A DNA stretch of 41,013 bases from Parasitella parasitica NRRL 2501. Taxonomy: Eukaryota > Fungi > Mucoromycota. How positions within the stretch are numbered: the stretch's first letter is position 1; each line of letters opens with the position of its first letter. Location: the NCBI GenBank assembly GCA_025201805.1, contig MU619357.1:17004-58016 (forward strand), given 5' to 3'. Below the pieces are notes generated by a model. The model saw only the letters and a list, made by a program, of their open reading frames with translations. It ran no database searches and was not told the origin of the DNA. Of this stretch, positions 12,806-25,982 are shown piece by piece. The translations under genes were made by a program, and so were the position numbers.

Positions 12806-13811
12806 CTAACGAAGACCTTTGTTGATCAAAAGCTTCTTTGCAATCACTTGCTCTTGCTGTTGCTCTTTTTCTTTCGGCCGTTCACTCAAGTAGGATGGTA
12901 AGACAGAATAGACTTTGACTTGACGAATATGGGTATCTCTGCCGTTCAAATGCGTATTGAGGATTGCGATTTGCAGTCGGAACACACGGAAAGGATGTCC
13001 ATCACTAAAGCACAAGCATATGAATATGTTTTGCATGGCAAATATCGATAACTATGACTCACTTTTTACTTGTTATGTCTAAATTGACCCAGCCTACAAA
13101 TTCGTCGCACTCCACTCTGTCCAATTCCTTGAATTATATTACTATACTTGCCAATTAAGAATTAATCAAAATGCCAACCTGAAGATCTCTGTACGTCGAA
13201 CCTCCTCTAACCATTATTGTCTTTGGGGTGTAGCTTTCATCTTGAAAAAAGTCAATAAACACGGACACCTGTCTAATGAGCGTTGCTTGATGAAAAGACA
13301 GATCAATTGTGTGATTTAATTGGGGATTTGGACAATCAGATCTATCACTAGTTTTAGCACAGATTCAGTATGTAGCACACTCTACTTACTGCCAATACGT
13401 AAGCGCATTATTATCTCGTAGTTTGTCAGGTCCCCAATGTGGCCTGAAAGACGAGACGCTCCATATAGCCTCATGTTCGCCTACCTCTCTTCCTCCTACA
13501 TCTCTTTGCTCACGGTCTGGATGTGTTTCTTGGTATATCGATATAGATGTGGTCTCTCTTTCTGCATCGTCCATTTTGGGATCCTCACTTTCATCCTCTT
13601 GCTCGCTTTGCTCGTGATCAACTAGGTCTACATCGTCTTCTTCTTCGCCTATGCCTGACACCGGCGCCAAATAATCTTCTCTTTCTCCCTCTTCATCATT
13701 ATCAAACTGAATAGTACGTAATGCATCGTCGGGTGCAGCAGCAATGCTATCATTCGGTGATTGCGTAGGGCTGATTGAGGATGAGAATTGACTATAATGG
13801 TTATCGCTCAT
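12806..13811 (-). CDS. APC10: Anaphase-promoting complex subunit 10 (Doc1)
   Basis: Exons 13811-13390, 13341-13179, 13127-13063, 13004-12806. Motifs AIWSVSS, LRDNNALTYWQSD, DESYTP, LQIAILNTHLNGRDTHIRQVKVY, C-terminal LR (IR-tail). Confidence 0.92.
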
Positions 13812-14013
13812 AACAAGCTTCAAAGAGAGAGAAAGAAAGAAAAAAACAAAAAAACCAGAGTAAAGAAACACTTCAAGTCCCGGGACGAGGAAGTGAAAAG
13901 TACCCAAGGACTATCCGATCAGGAACAGTTGCCATAGCATGTGTCAAAATGATGTATTTCATTGCTAAATAGAATTGCCGGCAAGATTCAACATTGTATT
14001 CGATCCAGGGACG

Positions 14014-14027
14014 GTTGCCATGACAAC
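14014..14027. promoter_or_regulatory. RFX X-box-like site upstream of APC10 (second partial copy at 13928-13941)
   Basis: GTTGCCATGACAAC is one mismatch from the palindrome GTTGCCATGGCAAC. GTTGCCATAGCATG lies at 13928. Confidence 0.5.
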
Positions 14028-14754
14028 GTTATCGGGATGATGGTAATCATTGTATTTTATGGATATAGCAAATATCACTATAGATCAGCAAGCTGCTAGA
14101 AATTCTGTTGCGTTGTTCTCCAATGCGGAATGTAAGGGCAGCCGAGCCATCCTTTCTTTAATAAATTCAATCATTCAATGTCTTTTGTTTTTAAAACTAA
14201 TAAACAAGCCTCCCTATTATGCATTGGAAAATCAACTCACCTAACTCGCCAGCAGAATGGTCGCTAGACCATAGGCAATGACAATGTTGTTTATATGAAA
14301 TCATTTGGAGGCTTGGTGTCTGCTCTCGTTTCACCCTCTTGAACCTTTTGCAACTATTCTCTAATTAGGTAAGCAAATTCGTATCGTCAAATTAAACTTG
14401 AAATATCAACTCTTTTCTACTTTTTTAACCTTCTTTTTTTTTTTTTTGTAAATTGTTGTAGTATTTATTTATAATTGTTGGTTTCCCTACTTGACTTTTA
14501 CCTGTGTGCGGATTGAAATATTAAAATAATTATGGTTATATCATAGTATTGGAAGAAGAAGATTTAACAAATAAAGCGCATTTTATACAAGTGATTTTTC
14601 GATTTTTTTTAGTCTCTTTTGTATGTGCTGGAGAGGATCAAGAGTAAATTCTGTTGGATAAGAGTTCAAGTATATAAGAAAAGAATAGGTAAAAAAAAAG
14701 AAAGAGAAAGAGCGATGGATAAAATATAAAGTGGGCTGTAGATGATAATTGGAT

Positions 14755-15889
14755 TTACGAAGAACCGTTCTTTTTCTTGCCTCTCTGTGTATTTTTGCTT
14801 CCAGCGTAGCCACCGTATTTAGCCCTTTTCTCTGCCGGTTTAAGAATCTAGAAAAATGCGTCAATATCGCTATACCATAAATAATAGGGCTCCTTACCTG
14901 GAATGAACACATTAAAGATTCATCTACGCTCATCATTGCACCAGCATTGTCAAATTCACCACAGTAATTAGGTGCTGAAAAGATAGTAACTAGCTGACGC
15001 TTTGAAAAGAATTCATAACCATCCTCAACTACTTGATGTGCTCTACAAATAAGATCAATGTCATGTTTCTGTAAGAATCTTGATACAATATCAGGACCAA
15101 ATGTGAACGATACACCACGGTCATTTTCACTCCAACCACAGATGTCTTTATCGGGGTCAGACCATAAAAGATCACAAAGAAGACCTACAAAATGGTTAAC
15201 CCAGGTACACACCCATCCCCACCTTTTGCTATAAACAACTTACCTGTATCAGGTACATCAGTGGGCCTCATGACTCTACGAATTTGTTCAAAGCTTTGAA
15301 GATCGGGAGAAAGACCACCATGCATACAGAAGATCTTTTCATCGACAAGCGCAGCGATTGGCAGACAATTGAAACAATCCGTGAACGTCTTCCATAATTT
15401 GATGTTGTATCTTCTTTTACATTCATCATAAAAACCGTAAATACGATTGATACTGGCACATTCGTGATTACCGCGAAGAATAAAGAAATTTTCGGGATAT
15501 TTGATCTTGTAGGCTAATAATAGACAGATGGTTTCCAACGATTGCTTTCCTCTATCAACGTAATCACCCATGAATAGATAATTTGCTTCCGGAGGGAATC
15601 CACCATATTCGAATAATCGCAGCAAATCATAATATTGGCCATGAATATCACCACAGATCTTGATAGGTGCTTCTAAATCCAACAGAATGGGCTGACTCAT
15701 AAAGATATCACGAGCAGTTAAACAAAGATACTTAATCTCATGCTCTTCAAGCTGTACTTGTTTGCCGGGCCTATTGCCTCTGACTATGTACGCTTTGTAA
15801 ATAACTCTGGTTATGCAGCTCGTTACTGACTTACCTTCTAACAATCTATCGATAATAGAGTCCACATTGACATTAACGATATCAGACAT
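14755..15889 (-). CDS. GLC7: Serine/threonine protein phosphatase PP1 catalytic subunit
   Basis: Four exons. Motifs [50 protein letters not shown]. Last exon [13 protein letters not shown]...KKKNGSS*. Confidence 0.97.
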
Positions 15890-18800
15890 CTTGCAGTTAT
15901 AATGATAACCCAATTAGAATCTTCTTTTTTTCTTTTAATTGCTTTTGGCTACCCCTTGTGTATTTAGGAATTAACAGAAAAAGAAAAATACGCGTAACTC
16001 AATGGCAAAAGCCGGTTTAATATTCAAACATAAACCTTCTTGACAAAGAAAAAAGAAACAGACAATACTAAGCAATGCAACAAGGCAATGAAGAGTATTG
16101 ATTTTCTCGGGAAATGTTGTACAGACATTCACAGCAACAAAGAAGATTCATCATCTTGAACTATGATAACTGCAATTTCTTGTCCTTTTTTTTCTTCTTT
16201 CCTTTTTTTCTCCCTCTCTCTCTCTCTCTCTCTTTTTCTTCCTTTTTTCCAAATCCCAATACACAAGGGTTGTTTGCTATAAAAAGAAAAATACTTACAA
16301 TTGATAATCCTCTCTTTCCTTTTTATGTTTTTTGTTGAGTTAAGTTGGGCAGTTTTTTGCTATCGAAATTTACTAATGTATCCTTCTCTGTAACTATCGC
16401 TTAAGTCTATTCAATGATTGGCGATTGTTAATTGATTATAAAAAAAAAATTAAAAAAATTATGAAAAAAGAGAAAGAAGAGGATTAGCACATCGTCAACT
16501 GGTACTCCAGTTCAATTAAAAAAAAAAAAGGAAAAAAAGGAAAAACTTGTCATCCAAGCCAGTCACCAGTATGCAATCCATGAAGGTAAATCACTTGCAA
16601 ACAGATCAATGAAGTATCATTCAATTATCGACAGCCGATTTGTTGTTAATATAAAGCTGAAACTGTATGCAATCTAACACAAATGTTGCAAATTCTACCA
16701 ACCTTTTTAAATATAATTCAGATTCGAGCAAAAGATTGGCTTCCCCATCTTAAAATCACAAATGGGAAATGAGAAAGTTTAGTTTATAGGCTGTACATGG
16801 TGCTTTTACTTTTTCGGCTCGGATTGTAATACCGTATGACAAAACAATGGTTCATTCTCAAACAGTAATTAACGCATCTTCCTGCCGCTACATCATATAC
16901 TTCAGAAATCGCAATAATGTACTGTATTGATTTGTTTCAAAGTTCAATTACATAAGCATTTGCTTTATGGCATTCTTCTTTTTATTTTTATTTTTATTAT
17001 TGAATACTGCATCTAAATGATTGCCTTTCCTAAAGTTTTACCGCTGAAATGAAGTGTAATCCCGCTTTCAAAAGGGAATGGCTATTTCGTTCAAACAAAA
17101 GCAAATGGGGAATGTTCGAACATTAGGCACTTTATAACAATATCAAAAGGGAGTCAAGTAATAATTATTGAATAGTTTTTTTAATGAAAGAATGGTATGA
17201 AAATCGACATAATGTTGGTATATTTGAGCAGGAATAAGGCTGTTGCTTTAAATATAGCTGTCTTATATGGTAATCTTACTTGGTGGCAGCTTGAATGCTT
17301 GCAAATATATTATTGTTTGAAACATATTCAGTTCAAAATAGTTAATGGAGTAGAGCTTCTAAAAATATAATAGAGTTTTCGTGATTTGGTAAAGCCCAAG
17401 TCCCTGTTAAGTTTAACTTTCAACTCAACTTTTGTACGGTAATATCTTTACGAAAATGCTCAACCATACACTTGTTAAATCTACCAGTTACGACTATAGT
17501 ATAACTGCCCATATAATTAGAGGTTTGGTTTGAAAAAAATAAATACATAGTACCCAAAAGATGTTGCTTCTTACATTGCGTGTATCTCCATGCATATTTT
17601 GCTTGGTTTGCAGTTTCAAACAAGGGATCTCGCTGGACAGCATCGGCGCATAGCATGATTTCAAATGAGATGGTAGCCTAAATACATCGGTGCACTCTTG
17701 CTACTGTCTACATTTCTTAATGTTGCACCCTATCTTTTATTTGAAGAATGTGGACAGTTGCAATAATTAAATAAGCGTGTGGGCTGGCAATTCTTCTACA
17801 GTATACATAGCGGATGGTATCAACCATAAATTTTTAGGTTTTAACTGAAATTGTGTTGAACATATATTATAAACAACAGTAATGGGATTAAGAGATGCAA
17901 TTCTTCAGATTCTGATCAGTTTTACAATGCATTGACATGCTAATTTTAACATTGAGCACTAAAACGAATCTGCAAAGAAACAAGAAAACGCTACCAAATG
18001 GCAGTGGCAACCGTCATCAATACAAGATAATCCAGGTCTAAAAAAGTGTGTATATCATCAAATATTATAAAGCATGATATCACACTACTGTAAGGCAAAA
18101 AGAAGAAATCGCTATCGTTAAAAGTAGCCAGCAAATGATAATTTTTTTTTATTCCTTCTATGTTATCTATGCAAATAATCTTATTTGCGACCGAGATCTT
18201 TTCGCTATCAAATGTACAGACATGAGTTATTCCCAATGCCACTCAAGCGTTTCTGCAATAGAATGTTTCCTCACGTTCTCAATCAAGCGCATCGAGATTA
18301 GCGAAATGCATGTAATTGGCCATACTTAGATCTATAGTTGCCCTAATCTTTCAAGGACATTATCCGCCAGCGTACTTAATTTATGCCTAATCAATTGTCT
18401 CTTTTTTGATTACAAATCCATTCATTATTAACTTGATTATAAACTATCTATTGGGATTTGCAAAGAAATGGCTCAAGACAGTTTGTATGAACAAAGCTCT
18501 GTTTGTAAACGAAAGATATGTTCTTCAATACAAAAAAAAAACTCAATACCAACGCTCTTGATATCTGCCTTTTTCTATGCCTGCGTGTTTTGTCCGTACT
18601 TTGATATTTTCAGTTTGCCCATGTATTGTCAATGGAAGTGAGTAATCAATACCATGGATTTATTTCATCTTTTTTTTTGTTTTTGTTTTTTTAATTATGA
18701 CACACATCTTAATTTCTGACAAATTGATTTCCGAGAGTATGGAGAATGAGACCCGATATTCTTATTATTAATAGCCATGTGTGGTGGGAAATGCTCATGG

Positions 18801-19533
18801 TGACAGACATTATCATGCTTTGAAAAGAAAATGAATTATGATTGGCTATGACAACTTATTACACGATGGCGTCTAGGCATGGACGTATAGATATATAGAG
18901 TGGTATGAAGATCTTTCTATAATAACATTGTCATTTTAGCCAATGTAGTCGCAAGAAATTGCTATCTACTCAAAGTTGATTTGCTACAACATCATATCAC
19001 TTGACATTTACTCAGTCTTGTTGTCGCACACAAATATTTAGGATATGGTGTGCCGTACAGACACTCATGCTTGAATCACACTTGCATACACACACTTGTA
19101 TATTGTATAAAAGTATACCTTATAACAGAACTGCCTTTCAAGACCATAGAAGCATTGATATAGCATTTTCGTAAACTTTTTCCCATCCCGGACAATAACA
19201 CTATCAGATTCTTCAATTTAACGTTTATTTCTATATTTGTATGCAACTTTCCTTTTCAAGATGGCCCAGTTGACTTTGTACAACTTGGATTTGCTTTAAA
19301 AACCTGAAAAAAAGATAAAGTCTTTGGCTCTTTATTTCTTTCGTGCCTTTATACTAGCATACTGCCAACTAATACACACACTAACATTTGGCTGGATTAT
19401 ACACAATAAGAGTATAATCTAACGTTCAATATCGATCTATTGCTCTCTATTATCATCAACTTTATAAGTTTTGTTATCCATATTATTTAAAGAAGAAGGC
19501 TGCGACAGACGTAGCCCTCGAAACAGTAAACAA

Positions 19534-20840
19534 ATGATGGCACAGCTAATGGGGACTAAACATCCCAATATCAATTTCAATGTATTGTTCTATCCGCAAT
19601 ATACAAATGAATATGGTCAAGTAATCTGTCATCCCGGCTCTGTATTTGAAGGCATTGTACAGATCAAAGTGGCCGTTGCCATGCCAGTGCATCATATCAA
19701 GCTGGTCTTCAAGGCGTCGGGTAGGAACTTTCTTGCTATAGAGAACACGCTGTATACTATACTAACGGTAAAGACCATGTAGAACGGGTTAACTATGATG
19801 CCATGGGCTGGGAGAAATCCAAATCAACTGATGATAGATTATTTGCAGTGCGTACGGTGCTATGGGGTCTACCCTCTGGAATCGATATACCTCAAGATGC
19901 ATGGCCGATATTGGACGCAGGCGAACACACATTTCCCTTTGTGTGCCAAATGCCAGTTATCAACTATCCACCCACATTTCACCACCATTTAATAGCTACA
20001 GCATTCAATATGGTAGTGTCTGTCAACAAAGCCGGCGAATCTTTGCCCATTTTATCTAAACTGATACCCATTTGCTTTCAACCCATTATTGAGACGATTC
20101 CTATAAAGAATTTGCAAGCTTTCACAGAATCTCATCGGCTGATCACTCATATTACAACACTCGTGTCTGTTCCCAGGCTTGCATACAATATCAACGATAG
20201 CAATCAGTCGGTTCCTGTTACAGTTCACTTTAATTCTGAGCGTAGCTCGGATGAGCACTTTCCGGTATCCCAGCTCCGTGTCTACATCAAACGTTACTAC
20301 TGTATCAATTACAAGACATTTTCGAGAAACGAGGCAACCATAATCGCCCATTCCGACTACCCCAAATTACCCGCTGCATGTCCATGCACTGTCTCGATGA
20401 AATTAGACTTGCCAAATCAAGAAGAATTGCCGGCTACGTTGAGCTATTCACCACATCTGACCATTCACTACAAACTTGTCGTGTCTGTCAAGATACGCCA
20501 TGGCCCAATTCATGTCAAGAAAAAGCTGTTTGATATGCCTATCATTTTTGGGACTTTGCCTGCAGGCACTAGAGCCCCTAGACAGTTGGAGTCGTATTCG
20601 GACATTGTAGAGAACAGAGCAAGCTTGAATAACAAGCCGCATTTCCTGAGACCACAACCAAGGAACCAAAATGACGAGGAATTTTTGCCTGCTTACGATG
20701 GCGACGGCGTACCTCCTGCTTATCTGAGTGTCCATAGGTTAGAGGATAACTTGAACGATGGTCATGCCACATCTGTTACCCGTATGAACACAGCAGACTC
20801 TACGCCTGCCAATAGTTTAAGGCTGGAAATGACACGATAA
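19534..20840 (+). CDS. Alpha-arrestin / arrestin-N domain protein with PY motifs
   Basis: Exons 19534-19720 and 19783-20840. Motifs PGSVFEGIVQI, IKLVFKASE, LDAGEHTFPFVCQMP..NYPPTF, TIHYKLVVSVKI, PIIFGTL, then LPAY and PPAY. Confidence 0.82.
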
Positions 20841-21151
20841 AACCTGAGCCAAACTGATACCACTCATATTCAATGCCATATATTTATTTTTTCAAATTGT
20901 ACATAGTAGTAATAAAGATCAAAACTCACATCGCTGACTAACATCTACGGCACTTTGAGGGCTGACAGAAGCTTAGGACTAATGTATGTCACAAAATGAT
21001 CATCACATTCCACTCTTTGCTTACAACCTTCGAATGGAAGAACAGTCGCGTTTTTTTTTCTCCATCTGTGACAAGCCGTATATAAAGAGGCAGGAACCCG
21101 TCATGGTTGAAGCATCCTTTTTTTTTTTATTCTACATCATTGAAACAAGAT

Positions 21152-21210
21152 ATGTCTGAACCACAGGTAAATTGGGGGGGGGGGGAGAAAGCTGGCGAGA
21201 ACACACACAT

Positions 21211-21241
<31 letters not shown>

Positions 21242-24200
21242 TGGCTTACATATGCATTAGGGTATGTTAGTCGATCAACAAGACAACCTTCACCAAGATG
21301 TTGTATGTAGATTCACCCATACATGTCAAATACAACCTAACAATCGCTTTAGTTATCACCAGCTGTTGTCGATGATGGCACATCTCAGTTAGATTCTGTA
21401 AGTGATTGCAAATCGCGTAAAATATAGCATTACATCCCTGCTCATCAAAAAGCCAATCGCAAAAAGGACATGGAATCCTCTAGAGTTGCATCGTCCAAGG
21501 AATCAACGCCTCTGCGCACATTCAAGGAGCCTACTCTTGTACGTAGATCAGCGCATGTTTATCTCAGTAGCACATGTTATTAATCTCACCATCTGCAGTA
21601 CGAGACCCGTGTCAAACGCTACAGATATCTTTTAGGACAAACTGAATTGTTTGCTCATTTCTTAAACCTCACTGAAGTCAAAGACGATGCCATGAAGACA
21701 GTCTTGAAGGAAAAAGAGGAACACAAATTGAAAGACGATGAAGAAGGGTAAAGCTAGAGACGCAACAAAAAAAAAAACGGCTGTTCTGTATCTCACCGTT
21801 GACACTTTACATCACATCTCGTAGAAAAAGACGCAGAAGAAAGACTGAAAAAGAAGAGGACGAGGAAATTCTAAAAGACGAGCAAAGCGATAATGACCAG
21901 GATATGACTGTATTCACTCAATCGCCTTCTTGTATGTTGGATGCCCGTGAGGAAGAAAATATTGAAAACCACTAACATCCTCATACACTATTCTTAGACG
22001 TCACAGGAGGTACACTTAGAGAGTATCAAGTTCAAGGTTTGAACTGGATGATATCACTGTTTGAAAACGGCATTAACGGTATTCTTGCTGATGAAATGGT
22101 ATTGTACAACACATGCACACCTGGTTGCTATGGACTAAATCCTGATGCCATATTGTAGGGATTGGGCAAGACATTGCAGACTATCTCATTCCTGGGCTAT
22201 CTGAAGCATGTGTGTGGCATCAAAGGCCCTCATTTAGTAGTTGTTCCTAAATCCACATTGCACAATTGGCTGAATGAATTCAACAAATGGGTTCCTGATT
22301 TTAATGCGTTTGTGTTTCACGGAGATAAAGAGGCCAGAGTAACTATACAAAATGAACACACACACACACACACACACATGTCAACTGGCATGCTTTACTA
22401 ACGTACAACACTCTTAGGCCAAATTGATCAAGGACCGCATCACTCCTGGTAAATTTGAAGTCTGCATTACGTCCTACGAAATCTGTCTATTGGAAAAATC
22501 GCAGTTCAAAAAGATGAAGTGGCAGTACATCATAATAGACGAGGCACATCGCATCAAAAATGAGAACTCTATGCTCTCTCAACTCGTTCGCATTTTGGAT
22601 TCCAGAAATCGACTCTTAATCACCGGCACACCACTCCAAAACAACCTGCATGAACTGTGGGCACTGCTCAACTTTTTGCTCCCGGATGTATTCAGTTCCT
22701 CCGAAGTGTTTGACGAATGGTTTGAAAAGCAAGGCGGTGACCAAGAAAAGGTGGTTGAACAACTGCACAAAGTGTTGAGACCCTTCTTGTTGCGTCGTAT
22801 CAAATCTGACGTGGAAAAGTCCTTGCTGCCCAAAAAGGAGATCAATGTCTATGTGCGTATGTCTCCTATGCAAAGACAATGGTATCAAAAGATCTTGGAA
22901 AAGGATATCGACGCTATCAACGGTGTTGGCGTCAACAAGCGCGAGGGCAAGACCCGTTTGTTGAACATTGTCATGCAATTGAGAAAGTGCTGCAATCACC
23001 CTTATCTTTTCGATGGTGCGGAGCCAGGACCTCCCTTCACCACAGACCAGCATTTGGTAGACAATGCAGGTAAGATGGTTGTGCTTGACAAGTTGCTCAA
23101 GAAATGCAAGGCACAGGGTTCCCGTGTCCTCTTGTTTAGCCAAATGAGTCGTGTGCTCGACATTTTGGAAGATTACTGCTGGTGGAAAGAATACCAGTAC
23201 TGCCGTATCGACGGCCAAACCAGCCAAGAAGATCGTATTGATGCCATTGACGAATACAACAGACCTGGCAGCGAAAAGTTTATCTTCTTATTGACTACTC
23301 GTGCTGGTGGTCTCGGTATCAATCTAACAACCGCTGATGTAGTTGTCCTCTACGACAGCGATTGGAACCCTCAAGTAGATTTGCAAGCTATGGACCGTGC
23401 TCATCGTATCGGCCAAACAAAGCAAGTGTACGTCTTTAGATTTGTCACTGAAAATGCCATTGAAGAAAAGGTGCTCGAACGTGCTGCTCAGAAGCTTCGC
23501 TTAGATCAACTGGTTATTCAACAAGGTCGTATGTCGGCTGGTGCTAAAGCAAAGGCTGCTGCTTCCAAAGAGGAATTGCTGACCATGATCCAGCATGGTG
23601 CCGAGAATATCTTCAAAGACAACGATACTGCTGATGCTGCCGGTGATAATATTGACGAAATTTTGCGTCATGGTGAAGAGAGAACTGCCGAATTGAACAG
23701 CAAATACTCTAATCTCCAAATCGACGATCTCAAAAACTTCTCTTCTGAAAGCGCTTACAAGTGGGATGGCGAAGACTGGAGTCATAAACGCAAGGCCGAG
23801 TCTGTTGGTTTGTCTTGGTTGGGTCCTGCCAAGAGAGAGAGAAAGGCCAACTATGCCGTTGATGATTATTACAAAGAAGCCCTGCGTACCAGTGCTCGCA
23901 CGCCCTCTACCAAGGCTCCTCGCCCCAAAAAGTACAATGTGGAAGATTTCCAGTTTTTCCCCTCTCGCATCACCGAATTAAATGAGCGTGATACACTCTA
24001 TCTAAGAAAGTCTTTGGGCTACAAGCTTCCTCCCATCTCTCCCGAAGAAGGGGCCTCTGAAGAAGAGATCAAGCAATTAGAGCAAGAAAGAGAAGAGGAG
24101 CAAAAGAAGATTGATGAGGCCACACCTCTAACAGAAGAGGAAGAGGAAGAGCGAAAGGAATTGCATGCCAAAGGTTTCGGCAATTGGGGCAAGAAGGACT

Positions 24201-24867
24201 TTGCTATTTTCATCAACGCCTGTGCCAAGTACGGTCGCAATGATTTGGAATCTATTGTCGCCGAATTAGAAGGCAAGACGCTTCACGATGTTGAAACGTA
24301 TTCCAAAGTGTTCTGGTCTCGCTACAAGGAAATTTCTGACTACGAAAGACACATTTCCAAGATTGAAAAGGGAGAGAGTGAATTAGAAAAGCAGGCTGAA
24401 GTTCAAGGCCAGCTGACTGAAAAGGTGCAGCGCCATCGCATCCCTCTCCAGCAACTCAAAATCCATTACACTCAACCTACAAAGGGCAAAAATTACACAG
24501 AAGAAGAAGATCGCTTTCTTGTTGTTATGCTTGAGAAATACGGCTATGGCACTGAAAATGTCTATGACAATATCCGTCGTGAGATCAAGCAATCCCCACT
24601 CTTTAGATTCGATTGGTTTTTGAAATCAAGAACTTCTCAAGAAGTGGCAAGACGTTGCAATACGCTGATCAGTTTGATTCAAAAGGAAAATGCCGAGTTC
24701 GAAGAGCCCGAGGAGAAGAAGGTAAGAGAATACGTTTTAGACAGGAATACTCAGCAACTAACGATTCGCTGAAGCCTCAAGCAAAAAATAAAAGTGGTCG
24801 ATCCAAGTCAAGCACGCCGGTAGCTACACTGAATAACACAGCTGCTAACAAATCCAAACGTCGTTAG
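21152..24867 (+). CDS. ISW2: ISWI-family chromatin remodelling ATPase (SNF2_N, HELICc, HAND-SANT-SLIDE)
   Basis: Multi-exon. Motifs [74 protein letters not shown]. Last exon 24775-24867. The 5' exon boundaries are partly uncertain, and ISW1 vs ISW2 naming is arbitrary. Confidence 0.93.
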
Positions 24868-24922
24868 TTGAGCCACTCTACCGTTCCTCACCCTTCATCA
24901 TTTCTCTCTTTCCCTCTCTCTG

Positions 24923-24924
<2 letters not shown>

Positions 24925-24995
<71 letters not shown>
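24925..24995. repeat. Poly-T tract T35-C-T35 downstream of ISWI
   Basis: Counted directly: 35 T (24925-24959), C (24960), 35 T (24961-24995). Confidence 0.9.
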
Positions 24996-25982
24996 CTTTC
25001 CTCAACTTTATAAATATACATCATCCTACAACCCGTCTGATCGTAATACTATACCTTTTGATCGCCTGTGCGTTTTTGGATAACGGGTGCAAAGCCATTT
25101 TCTCTGTTAACCGATATATGTTTGTTTGTTTAATGCTGCTCTATTTGTACATATCTTGTTTTCTTTGTTTTGTTGGTCAGAGAATGCACTTGTTTTTCAA
25201 ATGGGCTTATTTTCATGCTGACAGATTTGTTTGCGCAGCTAAGTTTTTAATTAGTCATTGATGGTTACACTTTTCAAAAGTATGATATGACAATATACTG
25301 TAATAGTACATTTAGTCTGCATTTGCTATATATGGGCAGCGCTGGGTCGTGGGCAGGCCATGAAAAAAAAAAATACAAGGACGTTATTCACTATAACATG
25401 GCAGCTGATTTCATTCATACCAACTATTCGATTTTGAAAATGTACATTTAGTATAAAAACATCGCATGTACACAATGAAATTGAACTTGTCGTGCAGAGT
25501 AACACCAAACAAAATGTCGATGAAATAGCACCCCCCCCTTTTTCTTTTCCGTGTTCAAAGCTTTATGCATAGTTTGAGTAAATATTTATACATGCGAAAT
25601 AGCTTATGTTTCTCCCTTGTTGATCCTTTATCGCATTTTTAATTAGTATATATAAACCTGTTGGGTGTGAGTGTTGTAGATCATTCATTATACAAATTGA
25701 ATGATTTTCACGGCATCTTTCTATATAATCATACGATATCATGACGGTGGCGTGCACACATGTCCAAATAAGCTGCACAGGTTACCCCTTGATTTTAATA
25801 TTTTTATTTTAATTTGGGGCAAGGGGACGATGATGGGCATGATGGTACGAATAGAAATAGTAATAGTAGTGTAATAGTATAGTATAGTATAATCAGGTAA
25901 TTATAGTGGAAAAGAGGGGGTTTTTTTTTGTTGTTGATAGGTGAGGTGGTGTAAATATACATGTCATGTCATGCCATGTTTA

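Noticed and set aside
17420-18370. Short ORFs in the PP1-arrestin intergenic region (one SCPNL LRR-like phrase)
   Set aside because: No coherent exon chain or domain.
22579-24592. Long antisense ORFs inside ISWI
   Set aside because: Expected from codon bias of the sense gene.
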